Assembly: GCA_964016885.1 (NCBI GenBank)
Contig: OZ024742.1
Span: 134,540,001 to 134,604,000 of the forward strand
DNA length: 64,000 nucleotides
Direction: 5' to 3'
Origin: Eledone cirrhosa
Lineage: Eukaryota
Positions 25,733 to 39,889 of this stretch are shown piece after piece. The notes under the pieces are model-generated. The model made no database searches and was not told the DNA's origin. It worked only from the letters and a program-made list of their open reading frames with translations. A program made the translations under genes and the position numbers. Every line of letters starts with the position of its first letter. Position 1 is the first letter of the stretch.

Positions 25733-26622
25733 ATAGATATTTATAGATATATTTCCAAGGACAGGAATTTAGTAAATTGTGTAATATGGAAATATTTTGT
25801 ATCATGAAATCCAAAAATATTTTATTAAATAACAGAATAGAGCCATCGTTATACTGTAACCATCGCTTGAAATCTACATTTTCATATTACAAACGCTAGC
25901 AGGATTGAACGCCTGTCTCCATCTCCGTTTGATTGTCAAAATACATATTAACATTCTCTATTAGTCTTAATTCTATCAACTCTTCTATTCTTTACCATTT
26001 AATATAAACTGCTATAGATAAAACGCGATTTCTTAATTAAATTCCCTAATGCTTATACCAGCAGGCTACCAGCATTGTTGTTATACAGTAACAGTGAAAA
26101 TCTCTCTCTTCCTTACTGGACACTTTATATTTATACCTGTATTAATACTACTACACCAAACGACCAGCCCTGTCCATTGTTCTATTGGTCAAATATAGAT
26201 TAAAATAGGCACTCCCAAATATTCTTATTTAGATAAAATAAGCCATATACTCATTGTATTCTCATTAAAAACCTTCTATATAATTGTTTACCAGCAAATT
26301 AATTTTGCCATATGTAATATACTATGTCTTCTCTTCTTCCTTTCTTACAAATAATATAAATACTTTAATTTTTCTGATTTTTTCCGTTTTATACAATATC
26401 TCTGAAGAAGTGACAATTGTTTATACATTTGCTATCGAATACTTGCTAACAATATATGATTACGCAAGCAGCGATACATAAGTATTCCGTCTGTTACAGA
26501 AACATATGTCAATACCTAATAAATTCCTTTATAAAAGGACTTTCATTTTTTATTCATCTTTTCTATATATATATATATATATATATATTTTAAATGGAGG
26601 TGTGACACACGAGTTGTGATAT

Positions 26623-26840
26623 ATTAGTAAAAAGGAAAAGAGAATGCTGACAAATTTTTCCCAGTGAAAAATACTTTAATTATGAATAAGTATAAATTAG
26701 TAATAAGTATTGGCTAGTATTCAGCTTTAGTTTTAAGTTTTTACCGGTTGCGCATTTCTAATACTTTTCAAAAATAATTTTGAGATAGAGCGTTCGTGAT
26801 GGTTGCATTATATCAGCATTTTCCTTTCCTTTTTACTAAT
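26623..26840 (-). mobile_element. family I pLTR terminus with short inverted end
   Basis: Matches 39930-40110. The last ~28 bp (CAGCATTTTCCTTTCCTTTTTACTAAT) are an inverted copy of the start. Confidence 0.75.
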
Positions 26841-27049
26841 ATATATATATATATATGTATATATATATTTATATAGTGAAATAGTGATGTATAACAAGGT
26901 CGGCTATACAAAAAGTGTTTTATTTACAGTATTAACAATTGTTTCATTGATCAGCTGAGTCTAAAGGTTGCTGGTCACTCAAAATTGCATCACTCGACCT
27001 GAAATACAGTGTGTGTCTCTGATCAAGTCATCGGAATACATATATATAT

Positions 27050-27290
27050 CGTCATGACGTTTTCGAGTGCTACTTTTAACATGTAACCAAGCCTGTCTCA
27101 TGGCCGGGTCGTCGGTGACTTAACCGGCAGCCCCACCAAGATTTCTTTGTGAGAAGGGTGCTATTTGGACACCCTGTAGGATGAAATACAACAACACCCG
27201 GTAAAGGGCGAAGGAACTCAGTGAAATTAACTGCCATCCTAATAGTTTTTGAGTTGGACACTCACACGTGGGATATCGAACTGAGAGTCT
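27050..27290 (+). mobile_element. partial RTE-like non-autonomous copy
   Basis: GGGTCGTCGGTGACTTAACCGGCA...GGACACCCTGTAGGA matches 7290-7370. Confidence 0.6.
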
Positions 27291-28079
27291 ATCATTTATA
27301 TATATGCATCTTATATATATATATATATATTCATTCATTTATTTCTTTTTCATATATATTTATATATGCGTGTGTATGTTTATGCATGCGTACGTACATT
27401 TACATTAATAAATAGATGCATAAACACATACAGAAATACATACATGTTCTTCGTCTAGACACTTTCTGACTTAATCTTATTGAACTGTGATGTTTCTGTT
27501 TTAAATTTCATGTCCTTATCTATCTTACAATCAGTTAACAATTTTCCCCGCAGACAGCATCGAGTAAACTATGATCGCTCTACTGATATGCCAAATTTCT
27601 TTCGACAAAATTCAACTGAAAATATTTCCAAATTTGCTTAAAAATAAAAGATGTGTCCTTGAATATTTCCATTTCCTTTGGTTATTCTTAGTGTTGATTT
27701 CGTCCATAAAATCAAGGAAAACTATTATAAAACTGTCTTGTATTCAAACGCCAAGCAGACCTGACATCATTTTCTCAGACATAGTGAGTTAATATTATTT
27801 CATGCAGTACGCCTTTCCTATTTTATGAATTTGTCGTGTTTCGTATAAAATTGTTTGTTGATTGAAATACCTGGAATAAATTTACTCGTTGATTCCTTTA
27901 TATTGATAGTTTAAGGTACAAGAAATACATGGTAACGCAAACTATAATATTGGCAGAATTACTGATTAATGGCAATGTACTACATTGTAGCTGCGTAGCA
28001 AGGAAAGTGTATAAGCGTCCCTAAGATTATGTAGCTACGCCTCTGGAACGGGACACCTTCAAACAACCACAGTTAGAGT

Positions 28080-28545
28080 GGTAAACAGATAGAGTGGTAA
28101 ACTGCATCAACATAGAGAAGAGTATTGTTGTGAGTGGCGTTTCAAGATACTTACAGATGTCACAATCCAGACAGGCCAGGAAATAGGGCTTATAAGATCT
28201 GACCTAATATCCTTATTATAGACAATGTAACAAAAGAACGCATATTTTATTGACATAGCCATTTCTCCTGACAGGAAATTGACAAAAAAAGGAGCAGGAA
28301 AAGATTGAAAAGTATCAATATCATTTTTGGGAAATAAGGAAGTACGAGAATGCCTTAGCAAAAGTAACACATTCTTTCTTTGGTTCGAGCGGGAGTGTTA
28401 CACACAAAAAATAAAGATTTCTGAAATACAAAGGACTTACGATAAAAATAGAATAGAAAACTATATCTTATTGGGGACACCAATAAAACACCAGAAGTGT
28501 TTTTGAGCTGAAATCAAACTAGCTGTGACTTGAACTTAAGGACAA
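28080..28545 (+). pseudogene. decayed R4/Dong-like LINE 3' end (restriction-like endonuclease remnant)
   Basis: Broken frames resembling RPD(L)I...YFIDIAISPD..K..EK of REL-domain non-LTR elements. Confidence 0.4.
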
Positions 28546-28689
28546 ATATTCCCATTCATGTTGATGATAAGGATAATGTTTATATTTATTTCTACTAGGG
28601 AGTCATATGTGATAAACATTTCATAATAATATTTATCATAGAACAAACAGATACAGAAGTAGTAGCATTAGTATTATCATCAGCAGCAG

Positions 28690-28704
28690 AAGTAGTAGTA
28701 GTAA

Positions 28705-28771
<67 letters not shown>

Positions 28772-28846
28772 TTGTTGTTGTTGTTATTGTTGTTGCTGTC
28801 GTCGTTGTTGTTTCTGTTGTTATTGTAGCAGCAGCAGCATCAATAA

Positions 28847-28907
<61 letters not shown>
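28690..28907. repeat. (TAG)n/(TTG)n/(CAG)n compound microsatellite
   Basis: Directly visible. Confidence 0.95.
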
Positions 28908-29365
28908 TAAATTGTCTTTTTTTCCTCTTTTCTCACTCTTATTTCTGTATTTTATACTGTTTCTAAATCAAGCGAAAAGAGCCTGATCTATGCCAATTAG
29001 TTTGAAATTTCAGTGCAGCTGGGTGAATAATCTCTCTTAATCCCTTTTCCAAGCAGTGGAGTGCTTGTTTCTAGTTAAGAGGCTGGAAAGTGTCAAAGTC
29101 GATCGAAACACACCCCCACGCCCCTCCTCCACACACACATACATACACACACACATAAGTATATATATATATATATATATAAAGAAAGAGAGAGTGGGAG
29201 AGAGAAAGCAATAGAGGAGAGAGGGATAAGATTGAAAGTAGACAAAAAAGGGTAGTGTGGGGTAGGGGTTGAATGTGACAGAAATGTTTCTTTGGATTTT
29301 GGAGATTACTACAAAAGAAACAAAATGAAAAGATATACAAATACAAACTGTAGTATTATGCGAAA

Positions 29366-29477
<112 letters not shown>

Positions 29478-31174
29478 GTATGTGTGTGTGTGTATGCATA
29501 CAGATATATAAATATACATATACATATATATATGTATGTATATAAATACATGTATAGAAATATGTGTGTGGGTGATGTGTGACTGCGTATATATGTGTAT
29601 GAGTATCTAATATAATTATTTGTGTGCATATATATACACACACATACATATATCTGTGTCTGTTTTCGATTATATATATTTGGTCGTGGGTTGGATGGAT
29701 GAGAGTAAATATTTTACAGTTTACATCCAGTAATGTTCATTGAACAAAGTCAGCTAGGCTCTAGACTCAGCTTGTTGAATAAATAAATACACAAATAAAT
29801 AAAGAGGAAATAAATAACTAGAACATCAATAATGATATGAGTAAACATATAAATATACAAATATTTACTCAGTCCGATGTGTTATCTTACTGTGAAGTTT
29901 GGAAATTCAGAAATGATATTGGGAAAGATAATCTTCCTAATTTAACATGACTCATATATGCGTGAATGACACACACGCAATGCATAAGTCATGCTTACAT
30001 ATTTCTGACGTTTTGCTTCGAGAGAATTTAACGAAGGTGATCAGAAAATATTTGTAGAATAATTAGACTTGTTACATTATCTATCGTATTTTAAGAATGT
30101 CTCGAGACAATGTCAACATTTGACTTGCAAAATATTTAAAAACTTCAATATGTGTTATCGCATTCAATGGCCATTGCAGTCGTATGATAATAATTTTTTC
30201 TACTTTTGGAAAAAGGCCAGCAATTATAACAGTATATTACTGGTACTTTATGTTATCGACCCTGTAAGGATGAAAGGCAAAGTTAACCTCGACGATAATA
30301 ATACCCAGCTAACAATAACAACGATAACAACAAACGACGATGACAACAACAACAGCAATAAACGGAACACTAATGTAGGGTGTTATACACACTTGATAGC
30401 ATCCATCCTCAAGACAACAGCGACAACAACAACGACGGCAACAACAACACCGCGCATCGCCCACACAAGTCATCGCAGTAGAAGTGATATTAGTATCCAG
30501 CTAATGACAGCGAGTACACCTCTACCCGAGAGCCAGCCAGCGGCAAAACTAACAACAGCAAAGCCAGTAACGAATCCATCACGGCGACGACGGCAACAAA
30601 AGAAACGCCTGGTGGTGCGGGTCGCGGGAAATAATTATTACGTTAAGAACACTACTAACATAATAATCATGACAATCATTGCTTCCACCCTATGGCACAA
30701 GGCCAGCAATAATCACAGTGCGAAATAATAATTAACCTAATAGTAGTCAGTTGTAATAACATTGGTATTTATACTATCTACGGTGGCAACCAGGGCTGCT
30801 ACACTGTGGATGTGAGCTGTAGGAATCGTATATAGGAAAAAAGACATACTTGAGAGGTTGCTATTCTGCTGAATAGAGGTTGCTATTCTGCATGAATCCT
30901 GATTTCGCTTATTGACACATGGGTAGCAATTTATCGCAGTAAGCACAGCGGCTGGGAGACCCACACGAGCAAAACGACGTGTGTGTTTTTTTTCCTGCCG
31001 GTGGCATATCACAATATCGAATTTTATCTGAGAATTCCGTTCTCATAACAACAACAAATGCATGAATTACATCTTAATTGCATGGGAGAACCGTTGAAAT
31101 AATTATAATGAATTAACCATTTATGTAACATCAGCATCTTTATTAATGTTATTATTATTATTATATATAAAGGG

Positions 31175-31430
31175 CAGTGGATTGGCAGCATCGGTAGAGA
31201 GTCGGACACCATGACATGCAGTATAGAGTTACGCCCCTTTACGGTCTGAGTTCAAATCCCGCCGAGGGATTTCATTTCATCCTTACGGGGTCGATAAAAT
31301 AAAGTACCAGTAATGTACTGAGATAATTGCTGGCATTGTGCCAAAAGAAGAAGAGGTTGTGAGTTCGATTCCTGGACCAGGCGATGTGGTATGTCCTTGA
31401 GCAAGACACTTTATTTCACGTTGCTCCTTC
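31175..31430 (+). mobile_element. family H SINE followed by a fragment of a second tRNA SINE
   Basis: GTGGATTGGCAGCATCGGTAGA...GTGCCAAAAG, then GTTCGATTCC...GTCCTTGAGCAAGACACTT as at 45956-46245. Confidence 0.8.
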
Positions 31431-31524
31431 TACCTGGAGTTGCGACAGATAGATAGAATTAGAAACTGGAAAGACCAACGGAAACATTGTTTCCTCGGTC
31501 CAATTTGATGAAAGTCAATCGTTC

Positions 31525-31585
<61 letters not shown>

Positions 31586-31597
31586 GTGTGTGTGTAT

Positions 31598-31630
<33 letters not shown>

Positions 31631-31714
31631 AAAATAACCCAGAAATAACAACACAATCGGTACAGATTATAACAGGTATATATTAGGTTAACGCTTGATA
31701 TAGCAGGAAGAGTG

Positions 31715-31750
31715 TCTTAACGTTTCAGACACTAGTCTTTCATCAGAAGA
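31715..31750 (-). ncRNA. orphan minimal hammerhead ribozyme
   Basis: Minus strand: tctt-CTGATGA-a-AGAC-tagt-GTCT-GAAA-cg-TT-aaga. Perfect 4-bp helices I and II, palindromic ACGT helix III. Confidence 0.75.
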
Positions 31751-31854
31751 AAGAATGAGAAATAAGATAGATTGAGGGGACGGGCGGGTTGGAATTGGAT
31801 ATATATATATAGATATATATATATAAGCTTTCACTGTATGTTAGACTACATCAT

Positions 31855-32037
31855 TTTTAGCCTGATAGTGGATAAACAAAGATGTGGGTCGACTCCCATG
31901 TACGTTAATACTCATTTTTCTCCATTTCTTAGAGGGTTGTAAATCCCACTATCAGTCAGATATTTCTTTAGTCAAAAATAGGGTGGAAACTTCTATTTCT
32001 ATTTTCATACACGCTCGCTATTTCAAAACAAATGTTC

Positions 32038-32040
<3 letters not shown>
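31855..32040 (+). mobile_element. diverged family E arm
   Basis: GATGTGGGTCGACTCCCATGTACGT.AATACTCAT...ATTTCTTTAGTCAAAA, ending at (TA)n. Confidence 0.7.
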
Positions 32041-32075
<35 letters not shown>

Positions 32076-32080
<5 letters not shown>

Positions 32081-33113
32081 GGAAAAATGAAATGAAATGA
32101 AATTTCCCAAACTTAGTACGGCTGTTACTTAAATATAAGTATGTATACGTACATACATATATGTATACAGATGTACAGTAGTATGTATATATATATATAT
32201 ACATACATGCACATATATATATATGTACGTATGGATTCACCGAACATTTATTATATTGCTCGGTGTGTTTGTAAACAAACATCCCGTATTAAGCCGTAGT
32301 GTCTAGCAACTATCATGGCTCGTTTGTTCAACACTGACAAAGGAACGTTGTACTAGTTTCAAGCTTATTAGCTATCGTCAGCAACGTATACCTTCCTACC
32401 AGATTGTTGAACGTCTGAAAGTATAAACTTTCCTTATGCACATTAACGGCTGAGCAGCCTAATTTGGATATCGAGTGAGTTAATCGGCCGGGGTACCGAA
32501 AACGATAAACGGAAAAAATGAAACGAAATTTCATTTCTCACTCTTAGTACGGCTGTTACTTAAATAAAAGTATGTATACGCACATACATATATGTATACA
32601 GACGTACAGTAGTATGTATATATATATATATACATACGTGCACACATATATATATATATATATGTACGTACGGATTCACCGAACATTTATTATAATGCTC
32701 GGTGTGTTTGTAAACAAACATCCCGTATTAAACCATAGTGTCTAGCAACCGTTTATCGTTTTCAGGACCTCGGCCGATTAACTCACTCGATATGCAAATT
32801 AGGCTGCTCAGACGTTAATGTGCATACGGAAAGTTTATACTTTCAGACGTTCAACCATCTGGCAGGAAGGTATACGTTGCTGACGACAGCTAATAAGCTT
32901 GAAACTAGTACAGCGTTCCTTTGTCAGTGTTGAACAAACGAGCAACGATGGTTACTAGACACTACGGCTTAATACTGGATGTTTGTTTACAAACACACCG
33001 AGCATTATAATAAATGATCGGTGAATCCATACGTACATATATATATGTGTGCATGTATGTATATATATACACTACTCTACGTATGTATACATATATGTAT
33101 GTACGTATACATA

Positions 33114-33118
<5 letters not shown>
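32076..33118. mobile_element. family C tandem + inverted array; HHRs at 32346-32386 (-) and 32875-32915 (+)
   Basis: Minus-strand motif is perfect: cgttg-CTGACGA-tagctaataagctt-GAAA-ctag-TA-caacg. Orientation flips at ~32750. Flanked by (TA)n. Confidence 0.9.
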
Positions 33119-33205
<87 letters not shown>

Positions 33206-33341
33206 ACTCTCAAGCATGAGCCTAATATTATCACTTTGTCATGCACTTTTCGTTATTGTTTTTGTTTTATGTTTTAATTAAACTTTATATTCTGGCAATA
33301 TTATTACACAAATTTGACCCTCCCCAAGTATAACAATATAC

Positions 33342-33384
<43 letters not shown>

Positions 33385-33391
<7 letters not shown>

Positions 33392-34954
33392 GTGAGTTTT
33401 TTTTAACAAAATGAAAAATAAACGAGTTGTCCTACACGAGTGAAAGTATAAGGAAAAAAGATGAAATCGAAAATGCAACTGGAGTCTTTTTTTTTATAAT
33501 ATATATATTTATTTGGTTCCTTTACCGGTTTCGCAGTTGAGATGGAGGGTCTGTGGTTTTTCTCAGATATCGTTGGTCTGTGAATGTCATTTCTGTGGCT
33601 CGAAATGCCAGATTTTTAGAGAAGTAATTTGATTGGTTGGTGAATAAGTGTAATAAATTTCGCGCCAGTTCGCGTTACAAACTCTTCAAACAAAGGTGTG
33701 TGTGAGGGGGGGGGGGGGGTTCAGGTTGTTTTTTCATATATGAGTGAAGTTTGGTTGGTTGATGCAGTCAAGTGAATACGCACATCAGCTTTCGCGCCAG
33801 TTTGTGTTTGAATTTCTTTTTACTTAAAAAAAGATGCTTCCGAAGGTTATTTTTTTATAAATGTAATTTGACAGGTTATAAATGAAAATATGACTGTCAC
33901 GTGAATAAGTTCATTAAATTTCACGCCCGTATTTGGGAATTTATTTTGTAGCATTTAGAGAATTTTGTGCCAAACAAAAGGTAATGGTGAAGAGAAATGG
34001 GATGGGGAGAATTGTTCTGATTCAGTGAATATGGCGCTGGGGTGTCAGAATTCAGACTTTCTATTGAAATAAAGAAAATCTAGATATATATGTTTATGTT
34101 TATGTTTGTGCTTTTGTGTGTGTGGAGGAAGATGATTCTATTAGTAGAAATGTGGGAGGGAGTTGTGTGTGTGTGTGTGTGGTGTTATGTGTGTGTGTGT
34201 ATGTGTGTGTGGGAGTATGGTTAGCATGTTAAGATGGAGAGAATATATATATGTTGTGTGTGTGTGTGTGAGTAGGAAAATGATTCTATTAGTAGAAATG
34301 AGGGAGGGAGTTGTGTGTGTGTATGGGTGCGATGTGTGTGTGTATGGGTATTATGTGTGTGTGTTTGGGTGTATGGTTAGCATGTTAAAATGGAGAGAAT
34401 ATATATATTTGTTTGTGTGTGTATGAAGGAAAATGATTCCGTTAGTAGAAATGGGGGAGGGAGTTATGTTAGTGTGGGGGTGTGGTTAGCATGTTAAGGT
34501 GTCAGAGTTTTAACGTATGTTAAGGTTTATTTAGTTCTGGTTTTTATTATCTAAAGTTGGTGTTATGTGTGTGTGTATGTATGCGTCTATTTGGGTGGTT
34601 AGCATGTTATGGTGTTGACATAATGTATATTAAAGTATATTTAATGCTGGTCTATATTTTTAAATAAACATATTTTCCTTATTCGTATTTGTTCTGTTGT
34701 ATTTATTATACTTTCCTATAATTATTCACCAACCAATCAAATTACTTCTCTAAATACCTGACATTTCGAGCCACATGTTTCCATATAAAACAGAAGTAAC
34801 ATTCAAAGACCAACCAGATGTGAGAAAAACCACAGACCCTCCATCTCAACTATACTTTTGAAAAACAGAAGAACTGCGAAGTGGTAAAGGAACCAAATAA
34901 ATATATATATTTAAAAAAAAAGACTTCAGTTGCATTTTCGATTTCATCTTTTTT

Positions 34955-34960
<6 letters not shown>
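33385..34960. mobile_element. family G long 3' region with GT-rich internal tandem repeats and inverted terminal arm
   Basis: Minus body 33385-34700 with a repeated GATTCTATTAGTAGAAATG unit. Inverted arm 34728-34960. Confidence 0.8.
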
Positions 34961-35029
<69 letters not shown>

Positions 35030-35064
35030 TATAAGTGTGTGTGGTGTATATATATATATATATA

Positions 35065-36290
35065 TTAGAAAGTGAGGTTTTTTTACAAAATGAAAAATAA
35101 CCGGTGTCCTACACAGAAAAAAAGATGAAATCGATAATGCAATTGGAGTCTTATTTATAAAAAATATATATATTTATTTGGCTCCTTTACCGGTTTCGCA
35201 GTTCTGTTTTACAAAAGTAGAGTTGAGATGGATGGTCTGTGGTTTTTCTCACATCTGGTTGTTCTTTGAATGTTACTTGTTTTATATGGAAAAAAGTGGC
35301 CCGAAACGCCAGGTTTTTAGAGAAGTAATTTGGTTGGTCGGTCAATAAGTATAATAAATTCCGCGCCAGTTCGCGTTACAAAGTTCTTCAAGCAAGGGGG
35401 TGGAGTGCTCAGGTTGTTTTTTTCGTATATGAGTGTTTGAATTACTTTTTACTTAAAAAAAGGGGCTCACGAAGGCTTTCTCTCAAAAAATGTAATCTGA
35501 TTGGTTATACATGAAATTATGACTGTCGCGTGAACATGTTCCGCGCCCGTATTATTTATTTTGTAGCGGTGGATTGGCAGTATTGGTAGAGGGTCGGACG
35601 CCATGCTTTGACGCATAGTTACGGCCCTTGCCATTCTGAGTTCAAATCTCGCCGAGGTTAACTTTGCCTTTCATCCTTACGGGGTCGATAAAATAAAGTA
35701 CCAGTAATGCACTGGTTAATTGCTGGCCTTGTGCCAAAAGTCGAAACAATTATTTATTTTGTAGCCATTTAGAGAATTTCATGACAAGCTAAAGAATGGT
35801 CAAGAGAATTGGGATGGTAGAATTATTCTGGTTCAGTGAATATGGCTATTTCGCTGGGGTGTCAGAGTTCAGATTTTCTATTGAAATAAAGAAAGTAGAC
35901 ATATGTATGTTTATTTGTGTGTGTATGTGTGTATAGGAAGATGATTCTATTGGTAGAAATGGGGGAGGGAATTGTGTGTGTGTGTATATGGATGTTATGT
36001 GTGTGTGTTTGGGAGTATGTTAAGATGGAGAGAATATATATATTTGTGTGTGTGTGTGTGTAGGAAAGTGATTCTATTAGTAGAAATAGGGGAAGGAGTT
36101 GTGTGTGTATGGGGGGGTTATGTGCGTGTGTATGGGTGTTATGTGTGTGTGGGAGTATGGTTAGCAAGTTAAGATGAAGAGAATATAGATTGTTTGTGTG
36201 TGTATGTGTGTGTTGGAAAATGATTCCGTTAGTAGGAATATTTTTGAATGAACAGATATTCCTTACTTATTCGTGTTTGTTCTGTTGTAT
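35065..36290 (-). mobile_element. second long family G copy, HHR-like motif at 35185-35217
   Basis: Colinear with 33385-34700. Minus strand: ctt-TTGTAAA-acagaactgc-GAAA-ccgg-TA-aag. Confidence 0.8.
35568..35750 (+). mobile_element. family H SINE with 17-bp target-site duplication
   Basis: ATTATTTATTTTGTAGC at 35551-35567 and 35749-35765. Confidence 0.9.
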
Positions 36291-37930
36291 ATATATATAT
36301 ATATATATATATTTATTTATTTGTTTGACACAAATTACTTGGTCGTTTCTATGGCTATGGGGATGACGGTTTAACCGTCGTCTCAGTGTGTTTGGCCTTT
36401 AACGTATGTTGTGGCTCTGGTTAGTCGGAAATATAAGATGAGAATGCAGTTGCCGGAATATTGATGACCAAAACATCACACTCGAAGGTCATGGCAAAAC
36501 ACAGTAACTAGTGAACACGACCAAAACATCACAACATGGACATCGGAACAACAGAGATCTAGGAATATCAGATATAATATCAATAAGGGCATCAACTGAA
36601 TTTTGTTCGCGTTGAAATACATATAAATATGTGTCTGTGTGTATCGGAAACACGTACACACGAAGAAACTGGTGACCTAAATGTACCTGTCATGCCTGAC
36701 CGAATTCCCAGGAGAATTTTCGGTTAGTTGCTATCTTGACCGCTTGCCCTCACAGTTACTACGTAGCAGTTATTGCACGTGACTGCTAGACCCGGATGAA
36801 ACGAAGACGAATAATTTCCTTGCGTACCGTTATTAACCACAGATGCGATTTCGCTCTGCCTCGTTAATGTTCAATCAACACCAACGTTCTACGTTCTGGG
36901 CAATAGATTTGAATCCAACCACCGACAACATAGTTGGATGACCGATAATAAAACCAAACCGGAGTACTGTGATCTTTTTGATTTTGAGAAATGCAACCAT
37001 GATAGATCAGAACACCATACTCCATAATATAGAACCAAATGATTGATTTATGCGACCAAAATAACACTACACACATATTGGGTCAGCAACGAACTAGGAA
37101 TGTTGGATGCTCCGCCAATGACCGGGTAAGCACAAATAGAATTCTATTTGCATTGAAATATACGAACTTGTGGATCGGTTGTGAGGTCGAACGAAACACA
37201 CACGACCGCACAGATGAGCGATGGACTATGCCCTATGGGTTGGACTTGCAGGTGCATTGAAAGATGTGTAACTCTAGTATACATATTATCTATTATTAAG
37301 ATTATAAACTTGACACACTTATTATCATCTTATATTCTCTCAACTAATCACATTATGATTATATTTCTCTCTCCCGTTTTCTCCCCACATATAATATTTT
37401 TATTTAACAAAATCTGTTTTTTCATTGTGTTTTTCCCTTTCTCATACTTGCTTATATTTTTTATATATTCTCTATATATATTTTTTATATATTTTTCTAT
37501 TTTTATTTTTATTTTTATTTTCATTTTTATCCTCCTTATATTTTATTTTATTCTTACTTTTATATCTTATTATAGTGTAATCTTCCCTATGCTTTTATTA
37601 TACATTATTAACTATAAATTATTATTATTCTTATTCCATTTCTAATTACCTTATGTACTTTCTCCTCCGTTATATATATATTATATGCCCGTTGTGTGTG
37701 TGTAGCCTCTGCACACCCTCTGCACCCTACTATCAATGCCAGCCCATCTATGGCTCCACTAACCACTCGACTCCCGGGAATGAATATGACCACAACTAGT
37801 AAACAAGGACCCACACCCCACCCTCCCCCACCTGAATTAGACTTATTGTCCCCTGCTTTTGATCTTTACTCTCTTTGTTCTTGAATGTTTGGTTGGTAGA
37901 GTCCATAACACCAATCAAACCCCTTTTATA

Positions 37931-37975
37931 ACTCTGAAGAATCCTACGGTTACGTAAGGAAGAAACACAGTAAGC
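37931..37975 (+). ncRNA. hammerhead ribozyme in an uncharacterised AT-rich element (~37270-38130)
   Basis: ct-CTGAAGA-a-TCCTACG-gtta-CGTAAGGA-a-GAAA-cacag-TA-ag. Helix I is short. Confidence 0.6.
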
Positions 37976-38163
37976 CAATAAAAAAATGTTTGATGTCGAA
38001 GGCGCTCTTGTGTTCTTTATCATATATACGGCTCTGCTCCAAAGCATTGAGCTAATTATTATACTGGCAATACTTTAATGGGACACGGGTATACAATACC
38101 TAACTCCTATTAACCTAGGTATTTATTATATATATATGTTTTTTTTTCATCTCATTGTTTTAC

Positions 38164-38256
<93 letters not shown>

Positions 38257-38257
<1 letters not shown>

Positions 38258-38608
38258 CGTAAGAATATTTTCAAAACAGCGAGTGGATTTGAAATTATTA
38301 CAAATGTTAGCTATCGCCGTATTTTGACTAAAGAAATTAAAGAAATTATTTAGCCTGATAGTAGGGTTAAGAACCCTCAGAGAAATGGAAAAAGATGAGT
38401 ATTGACGTACATGGGAGTGGAATCCACATCTTTCGTTATCCGGACCACTGTGCTACCATGTGGTCCGGATAACCAAACATGTGGGTTCGACTCCCATGTA
38501 CGTCAATACTCATCTTTTTCCATTTCTCCGAGGGTTCTTAACCCCACTATCAGGCTAAATAATTTCTTTAATTTCTTTAGTCAAAATACGGCGATAGCTA
38601 ACATTTCT

Positions 38609-38615
<7 letters not shown>
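38257..38615. mobile_element. family E palindrome, second copy
   Basis: Same outer ends as 11578-11966. Shorter centre with an 11-nt spacer at 38449-38459. Confidence 0.85.
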
Positions 38616-38663
<48 letters not shown>

Positions 38664-38666
<3 letters not shown>

Positions 38667-39889
38667 ATAAGTTCCCTGTGTCCACGTATTGCCTGGAAAC
38701 CTAGCTGAGAATAGACTTCCCTGATGACGAAAGGCTTCTCCGTACGTTTCTTTGGAAGCTATGTTTATTCCCTTTCAGAAGCTAATTAGTTCGAGTGAAA
38801 TTTTAGTAAGTAAGTTAATTTTATAATTTTCTTATTTTACGTCTCTCATATTATTGTTCTGCATCCCCATGCATTGAACCACAAAGTTACTAATACAAAA
38901 CCTATGTATTTGCTAGCATAATTATGCATCTGTGTGTATATATATGTTACGAGATATATTAATTCTTTATAATTATTTCCAAATTGTTTTGTCGAGCAAA
39001 AATTGGCCAAAACTGCTACTATAGTAACAGTCCGGCTGCTGTCTTCTTAACAAACCACTCTTCACTGATTGACCTCGATGTCACGTGACTGATTCTTTTG
39101 AATTTGCCACCGACGCAGTAGGCAGTGATTTTTTCAATGGCTTGGAATTTAGTCCACGCTTTGCTTTTTTCCATCCACTGAATTATTTTTGTATAAGTTC
39201 CCTGTGTCCACGTATTGCCTGGAAACGTAGCTGTGAATAGACTTCCCTGATGACGAAAGGCTTCTCCGTACGTTTCTTCGGAAGCTATGTTTATTCCGTT
39301 TCAGAAACTAATTAGTTGGAGTGAAATTTTAGTAAGTAAGTTAATTTTATAATTTTCTTATTTTACGTCTCTCATATTATTGTTCTGCATCCCCATGCAT
39401 TGAACCACACAGTTACTAAGACAATACCTATGTATTTGCTAGCATAAGTATGCATCTGTGTGTATATATATGTTACTAGATATATTAATTCTTTATAATT
39501 ATCTCCAACTTATTTTGTCGAGCAAAAATTGTCCAAAACTGCTACTATAGCAACAGTCCGGCTGCTGTCTTCTTAACAAACCACTCTTCACTGATTGACC
39601 TCGATGTGACGTGACTGATTCTTTTGAATTTGCCACCGACGCTGTAGGCAGTGATTTTTTCAATGGCTTGGAATTTAGTCCCCGTTTTGCTTTTTTGCAT
39701 CCACTGAATTATTTTTGTATAAGTTCCCTGTGTCCACGTATTGTCTGTAAACTTAGCTGAGAATAGACTTACCTCATGACGAAAGGCTTCTCCGTACGTT
39801 TCTTCGGAAGCTATGTTTATTCCCCTTCAGAAACTAATTAGTTGGAGTGAAATTTTAGTAAGTGAACTTTACAATTTTCTTATTTTACG

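Noticed and set aside
30069-30728. 219-aa ORF
   Set aside because: A composite of an antisense SINE fragment and (ACA/ACG)n low-complexity sequence with no domain.
34120-34500. Regularly spaced repeats resembling a CRISPR array
   Set aside because: Eukaryotic context, the spacers are GT microsatellite-like and mutually similar, and no cas genes are present. It is a minisatellite within family G.
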